64,000 nucleotides of DNA. Source: Camelus ferus (Eukaryota). The DNA is taken from positions 10,542,001 to 10,606,000 of the forward strand of contig NC_045697.1 in the NCBI RefSeq assembly GCF_009834535.1. The letters run 5' to 3'. The notes beneath the pieces were generated by a model that ran no database searches, was not told the DNA's origin, and saw only the letters and a program-made list of their open reading frames with translations. The first letter of the stretch is position 1. Each line of letters starts with the position of its first letter. Of this stretch, positions 38,353-51,880 are shown piece after piece. The position numbers and the translations under genes are program-made.

Positions 38353-38407
38353 TCAATGTGTCTGAGAGGTTCGATGTCTACGAAAACCAATATTACCGTT
38401 TTTCATA
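38353..38407 (-). CDS. PROM1: Prominin-1 terminal coding exon
   Basis: ttacag|T ATG AAA AAC GGT...CAT TGA; MKNGNIGFRRHRTSQTH*, N-terminal part matches human MENGNNGY. Confidence 0.88.
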
Positions 38408-38828
38408 CTGTAACAAGAATAAATACACCAAAAAAAACCATGTTATCTCTAAGATAAAGCATTTACCTCATGGGTTACAAAGACAATATAATGGCTGTAC
38501 AATGTCTATAACAATGTGTTACATCTACAAAGAGAGTAAAAAGGTATATTTACATTTTGTTTCCTTTAAAAACCAAAAAACCGACATTTTATATATTAAT
38601 AAGTTTTATAACATATAAAGTTTTCCTTAATTCAACAAGTATTTCTTTAGTCCTCTCCACGTGCCTGCTCTCATTTTAAGAGGCATCAGTGTTTATTTTT
38701 ATCTGGGCATATCTGTGGTTGTGACATAACTATAATGTTGTTAATTGAGTTTTAAAAGTCCATCATCTAATAACAAAGCCCTCCCCAGTCCCACCTTATA
38801 AATACAGCTTAATAAAGAAAAGGCTTAC

Positions 38829-38852
38829 TTTTCCATGGGAATAGTTTCAAGA
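38829..38852 (-). CDS. PROM1: Prominin-1 24-nt microexon
   Basis: ttttatag|TCTTGAAACTATTCCCATGGAAAA|gtaagc; (D)LETIPME(N), human VETIPMKN. Confidence 0.93.
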
Positions 38853-39349
38853 CTATAAAAATACAAAAAAAAAAAGATAAAATTATTTTTTAATTACAGT
38901 TACAGCCCAGGAGCTGCATCCTCCACATTTTCACTCTAATACAGACGCTGACGAAGCAAATTCAGAAGAAACACATATTGCGGAGGAGGTGACTAAAGGA
39001 AAAATGAACACAGTTTGAATACAAGTTCACCGGGAAGAGTGGAGCGCGGACTACAGAGTCAAAAGAGTCAAAACGAAAACTAGTGAAACAGTTACAAAGT
39101 AAAGTGCCAAGTCCCCGGGACAGAGGAACTGCAAACAAGAAATAAGAAGGCTGGTTAAAGAAGCTGAGATCAGGCAAGGGGACAAATAGGTCACGCATAG
39201 AAAATCAGTACAAAGAAAACATCTGAATAGGGCTGACCTGCCGCTTAAAAAAACGATCAAGTAAAATCTCATCAGAGCTCTTCCCCAGAAAGCTCTTGGA
39301 AGGTAGCACCGCTTAGAAAGTGACCCCGCGCCCCTCACGTGCACACTTA

Positions 39350-39559
<210 letters not shown>

Positions 39560-42546
39560 TTAAACGGATTCTAACTTTGCTCATCGAAGCCGGTTGTGAA
39601 TTTAAGATGCACTGGCCACTGTGTGAAGTGCTGCGTCTTATTATAATTCATTCAATCTTTCTGAAAACCTTGACTAGATCCTATTGTTGTATTTATTTAT
39701 TTTACAAACAAGGAACAGAGGCAGCAAGTAGTGAAGCCAGGATTAGCATCCAGGATCCCCAGAAACCACTGCTCACCACCCCACTAGACGGCTTCCCTTT
39801 GTGGCCAGTGGCAGGAGCATGGGCAAATCTTTCCATGAGTTGCTCTGATGTTAGGGTGGCTCATGAAACTCCCTGGCTTTGTTCTGCATCAGAACAGTGG
39901 GACGGCAGCATCCTCACCCCATAACATTACTGGGTGAAGAAAGCAGAAGCAATGGTCGGTGCAGCTGAGGCCCCCAACAAACACCTCATGACTCATTAGA
40001 CCAACTTTAGGGTCAATTGGAGGCTGAATTCAATCCTGTTTTTGTCCAAAAAACAATGTTAAAGTTATTTTTTTGAAGACAGTTGCCAATATTCCTAAGT
40101 CAGATTTCACCTCGAAACTTGGGTTTACGCATCTTTTCTCAGAAAGTCTCAAGTTAGATCTTGCAACAGCTGGACTCTCGAGCCCACAAGGTGATGTCAG
40201 CTGGAGCCAAGTGATGGTTCTTCCTTCAAGAGGGGCATCTGTCCTCAGCCTGCCGCAGGCCACACCACGAGCTCTCGCAGGGGTGCTACCCGACGTCATT
40301 TAACCTGACCACCAATTAGCACAGACACAGCCGTGCACGACCAGCACGGCCCCGTGGGTACCATCCACCCTGTACGCCAGCCGGTGTCTGACCTCGGCCT
40401 GCTTTGCAAATCTACCACCCGCCAGATCCCTGCAGAGGCTCCAGTCTGCAGCCCCTCCCAAGGACACGGCAGCAACACTACAGCAGCCCTCCTAGCCCGC
40501 AGGGAGGCAACAACCACCGCCCAGACCCTCAGGCCTCGGCCCCTGCATTGCTGCTTTGTTCCTGGCTGGGTTTAGTGTCGACTGGAGTGGCACCTTGTGG
40601 CCCAGAATTTCCAGTAAGCTTGTTCTATTTTTCCACATGTTCTCTATTGGTAGATTTCTACGCTCTCAACCTTGTTTGTGGAGGCCTTAGAGCTTTATGA
40701 CAACCATACCTTTTACCGGAAGCTGCCTCAATCCTTCGGGGTATAATCAAGATATAAAAGAAACACATCAGACAGCCTGGAGTCTATTTTCCTGGCCAGA
40801 ACTCTCCCTGACTCTTTAAACCACCTCTGACAAAGCTCCAGCCTACAATCTCCCTGAGCCCCCTCCAGGCCTCCCCTCCAGTGTCTCCCATTGTTTCAGA
40901 GAGGCCTCTGGTCAGTGGGTAATATGCCTGGCTGCGGGCGGGTGGTAGAGACTGGACACAAGGAGATGAACTCATAATTAACTAGGCTAACTGAGGGCTC
41001 CCCTAATGAGGGCTTCAACCAGAGCCATCAGCAGGGGCTCCAAGCAGCAGGACAAAAAGGATAAGAAGTTGGAACAAGAGAGAAGCAGCCTGGAAAGCCA
41101 AGGTGTGGGGCCTACATGGTGGAGAGAGAGGCAGGATTGTTTCCATTCAGGTACAAAAGTCCATCCCACAGAAGGTAGGGCATGTGGACATGGGACAGGG
41201 CGATGGATGGATAGAGCAATCCGAATGCACTGTGACAGACGGCTATCTGATCATCCTTCATTCAATGGCCTGTGCTGGAGATACTCCAGATGACAGGGAC
41301 ACAGCAGTGAACATGTACCCCTTGCTAAGGCATCTAGAGTCTAGTGTACGTTGTGGGGGACAGATCTTCATCAAAAAGCCACGCAAATGCATGATTCAAA
41401 CAGCTTAATAACATCTCTAAAGGAAAAGCAGGAAGTTCCATGGGAGTGTAGGAAAGGGAGCCAGATCTAGTTGAGAAGATCAGAAGAGCCTTCCTGGACA
41501 AAAAAAGATACGTTTGGGCAAGACACACAAACTGAATGACAGCAAACATTCATGGAGTGTGTTCATGTGCCAAGAATGGTGCTAAGGGCTTCCTATGCAA
41601 TCTCTCTTTGGACCATCAAAACCACCCCATTAAGGTGATGAAGTTCAATATTTTTCCCAAGTCACAGAGTTCAAGAAATGTAGAAATGGAATTTGAATTC
41701 AGAACCTGTTCTCAATCGTTATATTGTAAAACCTAGAGGAGTCAGCTAGGTGAGGGATGGGTGTGGAGGAGAGGAATGAGAGAGAAAGAATTTCCCATTT
41801 CCAGGCAGAGGACTGGCATGTGCAAAGGCCCTGGGGTGGGAAGATCGAAAATTTTTTTGAAGAAATGAAAGAAAGTGTGTCTGGAGCACAGTAGGAAAAG
41901 TGATCAAATAGTACAAAATGTGGCCAAAGGAGCAGGCAGCCAATCATGCAGGGTCTAGTGTAGAACATTAAGGAGGCTGATCTTTATTGTGGTGTGAATG
42001 GTAAGTCACTGAGGTGCTTTAAGGGAAGGCTGTGAGAGGACTGACTCATGGAGACAGTCAGTGTGGACCAAGGAGTGAATAGAGCTGGGGAATGAACTTG
42101 ATTAACCGGAACTTACCAGCCCAAAGGTAACAAGCATCTTAAAGGGCTTTTAACTCAAAAATTAAATTAAGTTTGCTGTATCTTTAGGCTTCCATTTACA
42201 GCTGCACTAAGAGTCCCATGGAACGGTGGCAATCTGCACACCAGTGACTGCTCCTTTCTGATTATTCTGGGCAAAGAGGAGTCTTCTTCATGAAGGTCTC
42301 CTGACTTCCGTAACTAAAATCCCAGTAAGGAATGAAGAGGTGCAGCTGGGACTTGGACTTTTCTAGTCTATTTGGTATCAACACATTCTGCTAGATTTTA
42401 GATTTTAGGTCTTGGACTCTACAACTGTAACAGACCCGAGCAGAAATCTATTTCACATAATAGCATGTACCACAATCTGGAAGAAAAAAAAAATCAAAGA
42501 TAGTGAGTTTATCGTGTCTTCTTATTTTGAAAGACGAAATTCTTAC

Positions 42547-42639
42547 CATGGGGTCAACAACGTAGCCGCACAGAAAGATGTCAATGGCAGAATCTAAAGC
42601 AGTGGCCACTGGTTTGCAGGCTGCAACCTGCTCGGTGAT
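42547..42639 (-). CDS. PROM1: Prominin-1 coding exon (93 nt)
   Basis: cag|...|gtaaga; [31 protein letters not shown]. Confidence 0.97.
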
Positions 42640-43034
42640 CTGTAGTGGGTAAGAAACACAGGCAAACTCTGAGCCACACCCACACAATTCCACAAGAGTG
42701 AGACATGCCAGTCACTTCTGGCCCGTTTTCACAGAAGGGATCTCTGTGCCCTTTGGGATATGGAGCTGACAGCTGATTTCTATGCATGAGTTCCACGACA
42801 CATCAAAGTACGTACTAGAAAGCAAGACCTCGATTCTCTTGGTTTCCTCGTTTGTTATTGGAACAGTAAGTCCCAACCTGCAGGACTCCCGAGAGCATCA
42901 GAGAGTCCAGGCGGCCAGCATTGCACCTCAGTCTGAATTTCTTACCTGACCCCTTTGTAATCTGACGGGATGATCTAAATAGAAAGGTGGATAATTTTAG
43001 AACAGGGGACATTTCAAAACAGGGGACATTTCAG

Positions 43035-43225
43035 AACAGAGGTTGGCAAAGTTTCTCTCTAAAGGGCCAAAGAATAAATATTTCAGACTTTGCAGGCTGG
43101 GCTGAGACACATCTGTCGCTACTGCTCCGCTCTGCCGTGGTAGGGTGCAAGCAACCACGGACGATCCACGAACAAATGGGCGTGGCTGTGTGCCAATAAA
43201 ACATTATTTACAACACTGGCAGTAC
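43035..43225 (+). mobile_element. MER58-type hAT MITE (related copies near 46005-46230 and 57500-57570)
   Basis: gaggttggcaaagt...aaagggccaaagaataaatatttcagactttgcaggc...gtggctgtgtgccaataaaacattatttac. Confidence 0.8.
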
Positions 43226-44036
43226 CTGTGCACCCCGTCTTAGAAGACAGAAAACGAAGTTCTCATTAACAAGGTGAGAATAAACACAAACAGATGCTCC
43301 AATCCCGTTGACTTCAGAAAGCTCTATTCACTGATTCCAGAAGCTTCGTAGTAAGTACAGTAAGTACAGTAAGCCAGGTGCTGGCCCTTTGGGGCAGGGG
43401 TGTGTCTTAGTTCTTTTCCTTTGTTGGTTGGCTCACCTCCCCCTTTCTTCCACCTGCACCTTACAGGGCAACCCACGTTCATAACCTTATGCTTCTGAGC
43501 TCAAACAACCCTATCAGGCTTTTTCACCGTTAGTTTTACAAAAAGTGGGGTAGGGGTCACGTCTTGCATGTTTTCCTGCATCTGGCTTTTCTCTCTCACA
43601 TGTACTCCATAAAAATCTCTCCAAGTCCTGTGGGGTAGCTCTGATCCATTTTGTACCCACGGCCACTTAATATTCCCATGCTGTGGCTCTTGCATGACTT
43701 AAGCATTCCTGTCCCGATTCGCTTTACTTCCAGAGTGACTGGATGGGGTCCTCTGGTCAAGCAGAGGAGATGCAGGTTGGCAATGGTGGCGATAAGACTG
43801 TGTGTTTCCTCTGCCACTACTCACCTGTGCGTGTGCACCTCCCTGAGTCACTCTCCTGCAAGCACACCGCCCCAGAGGAATGATCCTCAGTGGGGACCTG
43901 GCCCAGGGCCCAAGATGACAAAAGGCATTTTCCAAAACGCTGTAATTCTCCGTAAGTCACATGCTGGGAGCAACGTGCACCCCTGGGAACTTCACCCTTC
44001 CCCTCAACTTCTCATACGTCCATAGAGACCCAACTT

Positions 44037-44385
44037 TATGGACTGAATTGGCCACCCCCCACCGCAAGTTTCTATGTCAAAGTCCTAACTCCCAGTGTCT
44101 CAGAATGGGACCATATTTGGAGATAGGGTCTTTGAAGAGGCAACTCAGTTAAAATGAGGTCACTACGATGGGCTCTAATCCAACAGGACTGGTGTCTTTA
44201 ATAAAAGAAGAGGAAACATGGACACGGACAGAGGGAAGACAACGTGAAGACACAAGAGAAGACGTCCACCAACAAGCCAGGGAGAGAGGCCTCAGAAGGA
44301 ACCACCCTGCTGCCATTTTGATCTTGGACTTGCAGCCTCCAGGATGGTGAGAAAATAAACTTCTGCTGTTTAAGAACCCTAGTCC
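44037..44385 (+). mobile_element. MLT1A-type LTR
   Basis: tatggactgaattg...ggagatagggtctttgaagagg...gagaggcctcagaaggaaccaccctgc. Confidence 0.85.
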
Positions 44386-44744
44386 CCAAGTACACCAGCA
44401 ACACAGCAGACGCAGCGCTGCCCGGGGCAGGTACAAACCCCAGCGTCAAAGGGACTCTATCATCAGGAGCTTGTGGTTTGCCAGGGGAGACGCAGGGGAG
44501 GGGGCCAGAGCCCCTGGAGCAGTGGGCACGACCCCACGTGGGCAGGCCGGGGAAGCCACCTGGCGTGGACGCCACTTGTACTGAGTTTACGGCGCCTCCA
44601 CTCGTGAGCCCCACGATCAAGGGCCTTTTACCTCCCTCCTCTCTAATTACTGGGAATTTAATTTGAGTTCCTCCTGATTTTATCCTGGAAAATAACTATC
44701 TCAAGACAGGGCCCCCTGAAGTTCTTAAAGGTCAAACCACTTAC

Positions 44745-44813
44745 GGCGATCCTGACCCACTGCAGATAGTGCTCAAAGTATCCCAGTATCATAGCCGCAA
44801 ACTTCTTACTTTC
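44745..44813 (-). CDS. PROM1: Prominin-1 coding exon (69 nt)
   Basis: cag|...|gtaagt; ESKKFAAMILGYFEHYLQWVRIA. Confidence 0.96.
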
Positions 44814-44928
44814 CTGGAAAAAAAGACAGCAAAGAGAATTAAGCCCATTAAAATGCCAACATCGTCCTCTCCTTACGCAGGCAGTCACGTCCACTTACTG
44901 GCATACTTACTTAAACAACAAAACTTAC

Positions 44929-45009
44929 TTCGGCAGTGATCATGGAGATGTGGTTTTTGAGGAAGTCCTGAGCAGTATTCAAAAAGAAAATGACATTGGC
45001 CACTTTTAC
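44929..45009 (-). CDS. PROM1: Prominin-1 coding exon (81 nt)
   Basis: cag|...|gtaagt; VKVANVIFFLNTAQDFLKNHISMITAE. Confidence 0.93.
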
Positions 45010-45590
45010 CTGGAAAACACAGCAGTGGTATCAAGTGATAAAAGGTTTCATTGCACAGTTGGCAGAGTCTGTTAATTCCGCTCCACGCCACCACAGCCTG
45101 CTATTAAGAAGGCTGTACTAGCTGTTCGTGGTTATTGCTAGCTTCCCAGGCATGGTTTCCCAGGACACCAGTGTACGTCCCCTCCCCACGAGGGTGGGCT
45201 TGGCTGTGTGACTTGCTTTGGCCCCTGGAAGGCAGACGAGGTGGCACTGTGCCAGTCCTCCCATGAGAATGAAGGTTTGTGGTCAGAAGGCACGGAGATT
45301 TGGAGGCTGTAAAAACGACCATAAAAGTGACCGGTGTGTCTTCTACACTTGCATCCTACACATCCAAATACCACTTTCTCCTGTAACTAACAACATGCCA
45401 GGATGCTGCCTGTGTTTACAGAAGTCTTTGTAGAAAGGAGATTGGTGGCAGAACCCAGTTTGGTGTTTAGAATGGGTGGGTAACTGAGACTTCATTTTAC
45501 TTAAAGTATCTGCAAAAACCAACATCTCTGAAAGTCTGTGGGTGCTTTTATAACAGGGCTCCATGCCAGAAAAAGAAAACAAATCCTTAC

Positions 45591-45644
45591 CCCCAGTCCA
45601 CTGTTTTTGTACTGAAGTCCCCTCATGGTTTGGTACACAGTGCT
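45591..45644 (-). CDS. PROM1: Prominin-1 coding exon (54 nt)
   Basis: cag|...|gtaagg; STVYQTMRGLQYKNSGLG (human STLYQSVKILQRTGNGLL). Confidence 0.93.
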
Positions 45645-46639
45645 CTGATGAACAAACACAGATAATATTTTTCAACTTATTACACGAAGCTGCAGGATCA
45701 TGTGCTTTGTATTCTCCCGGCCCCAACTCCAAGTCAGCCATCAAATCTGGCTTTAATCTGTAAGTTTCATTCTAGAAAAAAACCCAGCAGACACAGGTAG
45801 CAATATGCATCCCGCATACTGCTGGTATAAGAAAACATGACGGAGAAAATTGGGATCGATATTCTAGGGCTTTGAAGGGCAGCACACCACAGGTAAGGTG
45901 TCCAGGAAACTGTCTGGAATCGGGTTTGTGCAAAGCAGCAGGCAATGCTTAAAGTAAAACCTCCTTGACAAGAGTGGCTTAATTTGCATGGTTTAGAGGA
46001 GAAACTGGCCAACTTTATCAGTTAAGGTCCCGATAAGTAAATATTTTAGGCTTTGTGGGCTATACCCTGTCCCAACTACTCAACTTTGCCCTTTTAGCCA
46101 AAGGCAGCCACAGATCCTCTGAAACGAAGTCGATGTGGCTGTGTTCCAGTAAAACTTTATTTATCAAAACAGACAGCAGGCCAGATGGAGCCCATAGGCT
46201 GCAGTTTTTGAGGCCCTGGTTTGCTAACCCCCAGTTTAAATTGTGGGTCACAACTACAGAACAACCTGCCCATTTGTAGGTTGCCCATCTCTGAAAAGTC
46301 CAAGGAAGTGAAGTAAAGGACAGGATTTAAGGAATGTGTAAAAACCAGCTTACAATGTTAACAAAGTTGTGCTCAGATAAACAAGACATCAGAGAGAGAA
46401 CCGAGGGGGCACGGCACATGAATCAGGAAAGTTGTTGGGAGGGCTTGGTGAAAACTTGACTGAACAAGAAAGTAAGAAGGAAAATGAAAAGAGAGACAGA
46501 AAGAACTAGTTCTAGAAGGTTCTGAAGCTGGAGTCGAGTGGACTGATCAGCTTCCTCATGCCTGAGCAAGCTGACCCTGTAACCTAGTGCCCATGCAGCC
46601 TCCCCTCCACGACTGCCAACACAACCTCCACACAAGCAT

Positions 46640-47160
46640 AGCAACCTAAATGTCCATCGACAGATGACTGGATAAAGAAGCTGTGATATATTTATACAAT
46701 GGAATACTACTCAGCCATGAAAAAATAAAATAATGCCATTTGCAGCAACAATGCCATTTGTCATTCTAAGTAAGCCAGAAAGAAAAATACCATATGATAT
46801 CAGTCATATGTGGAATCTAAAAAAAGAAAAAAAGAGGACACTAATGAACTCATCTACAAAACAGAAACAGACTCCTAGACATAGTAAACAATCTTATGGT
46901 TACCAAGGGAAAGGCAGTGGGAAGGAATAAATTTGGAAGTTTGAGATTTGCAAATGCTAGCCACTATATATAAAAATATATAAAAAAAACAAATTTCTTC
47001 TGTAGAGCACAGGAAACTATATTTAATATCTTGTAATAACCTTTAAGGGAAAAGAATATGAAAATCAATATATGTATGCATATGCATGACAGGGACATTG
47101 CGCTGTACACCAGAGATTAACACATTGTAACTGACAGTACTTCAATTAAAAAAAAAAAAA
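46640..47160 (+). mobile_element. L1 3' end with poly-A
   Basis: gcaacctaaatgtccatcgacagatgactggataaagaag...cttcaattaaaaaaaaaaaa. Confidence 0.92.
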
Positions 47161-47920
47161 GAGTCACAGCTCCCACTGACTGAGTGCCTCGGGGACATCA
47201 GGTCCTTCATTTCCAGGGAACAGCGAGGCGAGGACCGTCCCCACTGCTTCCACACGAGGAAACTGAAAGCGACAAGCCTTTGGAGATGCAGAAGCGGAAC
47301 GTGAGATCAGGGCCACTTGACTCCAGGGTCCGTGATTTTTCTCTGCTACAAACTGCCTTTCAGGCATTTAAGGAAAGAAGCCAGAAGGCAGTGAGAAGAA
47401 AAAGAGGGGAAAGTGGAAGTTGGATGGAAGAGAGGAGAAAAGAACATCGGTACGGGGAGCAGCACTCAGTGGAGGTAGAAAGAGAGGACACAGCCTTGCC
47501 TTCCCATAGTTCCCAGCAGGGTCAGGAGGAAAAGAGTTTAAGAACAAGAAACCAAGTAAGAGTGAGTCCAGACCAAAATAGCAGCACTTCAGTTGCTGCA
47601 AGGCTTGGGGCGGGGGGCGGGGTGGGGGCTGTTAAAGCCATGGAAACTACAGCAGAACATGCGAGGTGGCCACAGATTGAAGCTAACCTCACACTCAAAT
47701 GGAAAAAGGCAAGGAAAAGGCAGAAAAGGAGTAGTGAAAATTGAAAGTGCGTCTTCTTCAAAGCCCAGTTACTACCATTTTTTTCCCAAAAAGAGCTCAA
47801 TTTCTTAGCCTGAGGTTAATCAACGTTGACCTACGCGTTAGATGCAAATATATCACTTATCCTAGGTGAAAGGGGGCTTGCCCGGGTCTTGGTGAGGTGC
47901 CAGAGCTTGTTGGTTATTAC

Positions 47921-48013
47921 CATTGATTTTTCCAAAGGAATGATTCTGATGCGGTGAATCGTTCTCAAGGTTTGTGCATTTCTTTTCAGGGACTGTTTCA
48001 AATCTCCTTGGGG
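47921..48013 (-). CDS. PROM1: Prominin-1 coding exon (93 nt)
   Basis: tag|...|gtaata; PQGDLKQSLKRNAQTLRTIHRIRIIPLEKSM. Confidence 0.95.
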
Positions 48014-48993
48014 CTACAAAGAAAACAAAGTAAATAAATATTAGCACCATCTTTCCAGACTCTGGAGCACAGGTCTCTAATCACAGGACACGAGGATGCC
48101 GCCTTCTAATGGGATGCCGATGTGGGTGCGGGGCTCACGAGGAGGGGCAGCACCAGGACTCCCTACCTCAAATCGGGGAACCACACACTCTCAGTGACAG
48201 CCCACACTCAGCTCTCCCTGAGCGCCAGAGGCTGTGTTTCCTCTCTCACCTCACCCTAATACGGCCGCTGGAGAGCCACTTCACAGGATAAGAAAACCAA
48301 GGTTCAACTAAAAACTTTTATTTAACCCACACTTACATAGTTTCTGGTATAACAATGTATAATAAGCGTTACTATTGCCCCCATTTTACAGATGAAGAAG
48401 CTAAGGCACAGGGGTGCACTATCTTGCCCAAAGTGAGGAAGTGGCTGAGTCAGGATTTAAATACTAGTCTTCCTCCAGAGCCCAAATTCCACATCATCGT
48501 GCTCGGCTGCTTCTTCAGAGGGACCAGTTACAGCCATTAGTCACCTACCAGCAGAGGAGGTGGTGACCGGGAGGCTTACGGGGCTTGGATGGTGCCTTTG
48601 CCCTCCCTTGGCCACTCATTACTGGCGACGCATGGCACCAAATGGGATCTCCCTCCCATGTCCTCAGTTACCCCCTGTACTGCAACAAACATGTGTGCAC
48701 AGGCAATGAGGGGTTGACAGGGGTGAAAGCAGACTCGAGGCTAAAGCAGCGAGGGCAGCAGCACCAGGAGCAGAGGCTGTGAACAGCTGCATGCATCCTG
48801 AAGCCGCCCAGGAAACATTCACGCGCTCGCAGACTTCGGGCCAGGCGGCAGTGGCTGCTGGTGGGAGATTTTACCATGCACGGAGAGGAGTTACTTGTGG
48901 TCTAAGGAACCCCTTCCGCAGCTTCTCTAAGAATGGTACAGACATTTGACATCTACAACAATTACAGCATTTAACCAGACTGTTTGAACTCAC

Positions 48994-49065
48994 CAAATGA
49001 TTGGCTTTTATATCTAGATCAGCAGCAAAGGATAAAAGATTCACTTTTGTGGGATGTTTACTGGT
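48994..49065 (-). CDS. PROM1: Prominin-1 coding exon (72 nt)
   Basis: cag|...|gtgagt; TSKHPTKVNLLSFAADLDIKANHL. Confidence 0.96.
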
Positions 49066-49219
49066 CTGCAAAAGAGGTGCGAAAAGCGATGTTATGGATG
49101 TGGGATTTTTAAACCATAACGTGTCAGAAGCAACAGAGAACACAGGTCCATAACCGTAAAGTAAGGCTAGACACTCTCACATGGGCAACATCTGCATTCT
49201 AATTTATACACATAAAACT

Positions 49220-49610
49220 GATATTATTGTTACTCAACCACAAAGAGGAATAAAGTGATGATGCACGGTATGATGGACATGTATCTCAAAAAACTTACAC
49301 AGAAGGGACCAGTGAAGATCATCAGATACAAAAGGTCACATACTGTATGATTCCATTCATATGAAATATCTAGAATAGGTAAATTCACAGAAACAGAAGA
49401 CAGAGCGATGGTTGCCAGGGGCTGGGAGTGGGGGATGGGAGCAACTACTGAATGAGATTGGGGCTTTCTCTTGGCGTGATGAAGGCACTCTGGAACCAGA
49501 TAAGGCGGTTAGTTTTGCAACACTGTGATTATACTAAATGCTAGTGAATTGCTCACTTGGTCAAAGAGTTAATTTTGTTATGTGAATCTCATCTCAATTA
49601 AAAAAGAAAA
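49220..49610 (+). mobile_element. L1MB-type 3' fragment
   Basis: aaaaggtcacatactgtatgattccattcatatgaaatatctagaataggtaaattc. Confidence 0.85.
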
Positions 49611-49693
49611 ACTAAGAACAAACAAGCGAAAACCATATATATGCGATGCCCTACTTATCCCCCCAAAATCAAGCATGAACTCATGGGTCATAC

Positions 49694-49840
49694 CGCATTC
49701 ATGAAGGTGTTGTAGTCTATTCTGTCTACTCCCGAAGAGCTGAAATCCATAAGGTTTTTTCTTCCCGCCTCATCCAGCAGAACTACGTTCTCAATTCTGA
49801 TGACTGTATTTTCAAAACTACTGTTTATGCTTCCCATACG
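49694..49840 (-). CDS. PROM1: Prominin-1 coding exon (147 nt)
   Basis: cag|...|gtatga; RMGSINSSFENTVIRIENVVLLDEAGRKNLMDFSSSGVDRIDYNTFMNA. Confidence 0.96.
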
Positions 49841-51380
49841 CTGCAGAATAAAAAGAAAAGTTAGGAATCAGTCCGCTCTTCTCCAAGAACGTCACATACC
49901 CAATGCTTTAAAAGAGCAATAAAATCCACACAGGCCAAAAACAAACACACGCACACTTGACCGGCATTTCTTCCTGGTACCGCCCCTCCCCCGACTCCTC
50001 CCCCACCTCCCTGCCTTCTTCCTTATACCCAGGCCAAGCACTGTGCGAGGCCAGGAGGTGGGCTGCAGAACAGAGTAATATTGCACCTCCACCCTCAAAG
50101 ACCTCGAAGGGAAGAGGCAGTGTTGTAATAGAGGCACATGAACCACATGGGGACACCAGAGACAGAGCCTTTCAAGGCAGGGGGCTAGGGAGGCCAACAG
50201 AGGGGGTGGCTTCTGAGTGAGTCTTGACAAATAGAGATGCTGAAAGGGGCGGAAAGAGGCAGCATGCACTGGACTTGCGTGGTAGGGAGACTCGGGATCG
50301 CAGGACCGTGGTTGATGACTTGGGCCTGCGGGTAGATGGGGCAGCAGGGAGGTGTCACACATCGTCATGGTGCACCAAGAAAATGGCACATAGCATGATG
50401 AGCCAATGAGTAGAGGGCATCGATTGAGGGCTTGGTTGCAAAATTATATTTTATTTATGTAGACGTGCAAGGGATGTTTAAGGAAGATAATCAGTACAAA
50501 ATCTGTACGCAGCTTTCAAATAAGCCTCTTCACATCTGAAAACTGTCAGGCCGTCATGGCCTCACGGTACCTCTTGGAAGCCTTCTGTGATGCCTCAGTG
50601 GGTAAGCCGTGAGATTTGGGGAGCAACCTCTTCCCTTGATTTCCCTTGGTATCTGCTTCCATGTGGAAGCCCAGAAGAAAGAAGGTTCCTTAGATTCTTT
50701 CCCAGAAGGCCCGCAGGCATGGGGGAGTAGGGACAGCCTAGGCTAATAGTGCCTTAGGCCTGGGCAGCTGAAACCCCTTTGCCCCTTTTCCCAGCCAGTG
50801 TGCTCTAGACTGGCCTCTCCTTGGAGTCTTAGGACTCAAGCCTTGGGTGTGAGCTTGGGCAAAGGAGGAGGAGAGGTCGCTCCATTCTGTCCTCACGGTG
50901 TCTCTTGGCAAAGGCCAGCAGAGCTCACCAGCGCCCACGCTGGCATCCTGGGGCCACAGCCAGCAGTGGTGACTGTGTGGGCCACAGTTCTTGGTGCCTC
51001 GTTCTCTCTTCAGGGACATGACCGAAAAGGGTGGCTGGTCTTGGAGAGTCAACATCCCTGGGAAGCAAGCGGGGTTTATTCCTCGAGGAACATCAACGCT
51101 CAGCAAGACAAAAATCTTTCCCCATGAGGCGTGCGCAGGGAGGAGCTCATATGATCTACTAGAGAAACGCATGCTAAAGAAAGTCAACTGGTTGGGGGCG
51201 GGTGATGAAATTGTTTTGGAATTAAGACAGTCGTGAAGGTTGCACAACCTTGCAAATGTACTAAATGTCACTTTAAAATAATTAATTTTATCCTACGTGA
51301 ACTTCACCCCAATTTAAACAAAAGACAACTGAATGTAGCAGAGAAATAGGTCAGCATCCTGATCAGCCCTGGTTACTCAC

Positions 51381-51465
51381 CTCTTGGAAATTGAGATGTT
51401 TACTGATATTGTAGATGTTCTCCAGCCTAAGTGTGGCATAAATGCCTTTGTTTTCCGTGCAATCA
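51381..51465 (-). CDS. PROM1: Prominin-1 coding exon (85 nt)
   Basis: cag|T...GAG|gtgagt; DCTENKGIYATLRLENIYNISKHLNFQE. Confidence 0.96.
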
Positions 51466-51880
51466 CTGAAGGAATAAACAGAGAAATCAAGATCCAGAAA
51501 GGCAGTTGTGGCCACCTCGGTCCACTGCTCAGGATGGAGAGAAAGGCTAACTGTTCATCCTTGTTTAACCTGTGTACACAGGCGTGACGTCTGGGGATGG
51601 ACGCAGTGGGCCATCACCAGTGGCCGCACGAACCCCCATGGCGCCCACCATTCCTGCCTTCGCTCCCCATTTTACTAAATGCCCCATGTTGGGGACAGAT
51701 ACAACAGGACTGGTAAACACTGCATCCTTCTGTCTGTCTCCTTTGAGCTCTTCCAGTGCTGTGAGTGATAATGGAGTTTACAAATTTGGGAAGAAATAAA
51801 CTCTAATTAAAAGAAAAAAAAGCATAGGCCAGAAAGAAGCATGTTACAAAGGTGTGTTACAAATAAACTACCTTTATTAA

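Noticed and set aside
38467..38524. Apparent AG...GTAAAT-bounded 58-nt cassette exon near the PROM1 3' end
   Set aside because: The downstream intron would be only 59 nt and there is no protein similarity.
47184..47744. 186-aa + strand ORF, and similar ORFs at 12247, 49892, 50738 and 55842
   Set aside because: Low-complexity or chance ORFs in intronic or intergenic DNA, with no recognisable domain or splice support.
45645..47920. Facultative ~18-nt PROM1 microexon known in some mammals at this intron
   Set aside because: Several pyrimidine tracts are present but I could not identify a convincing exon by eye.
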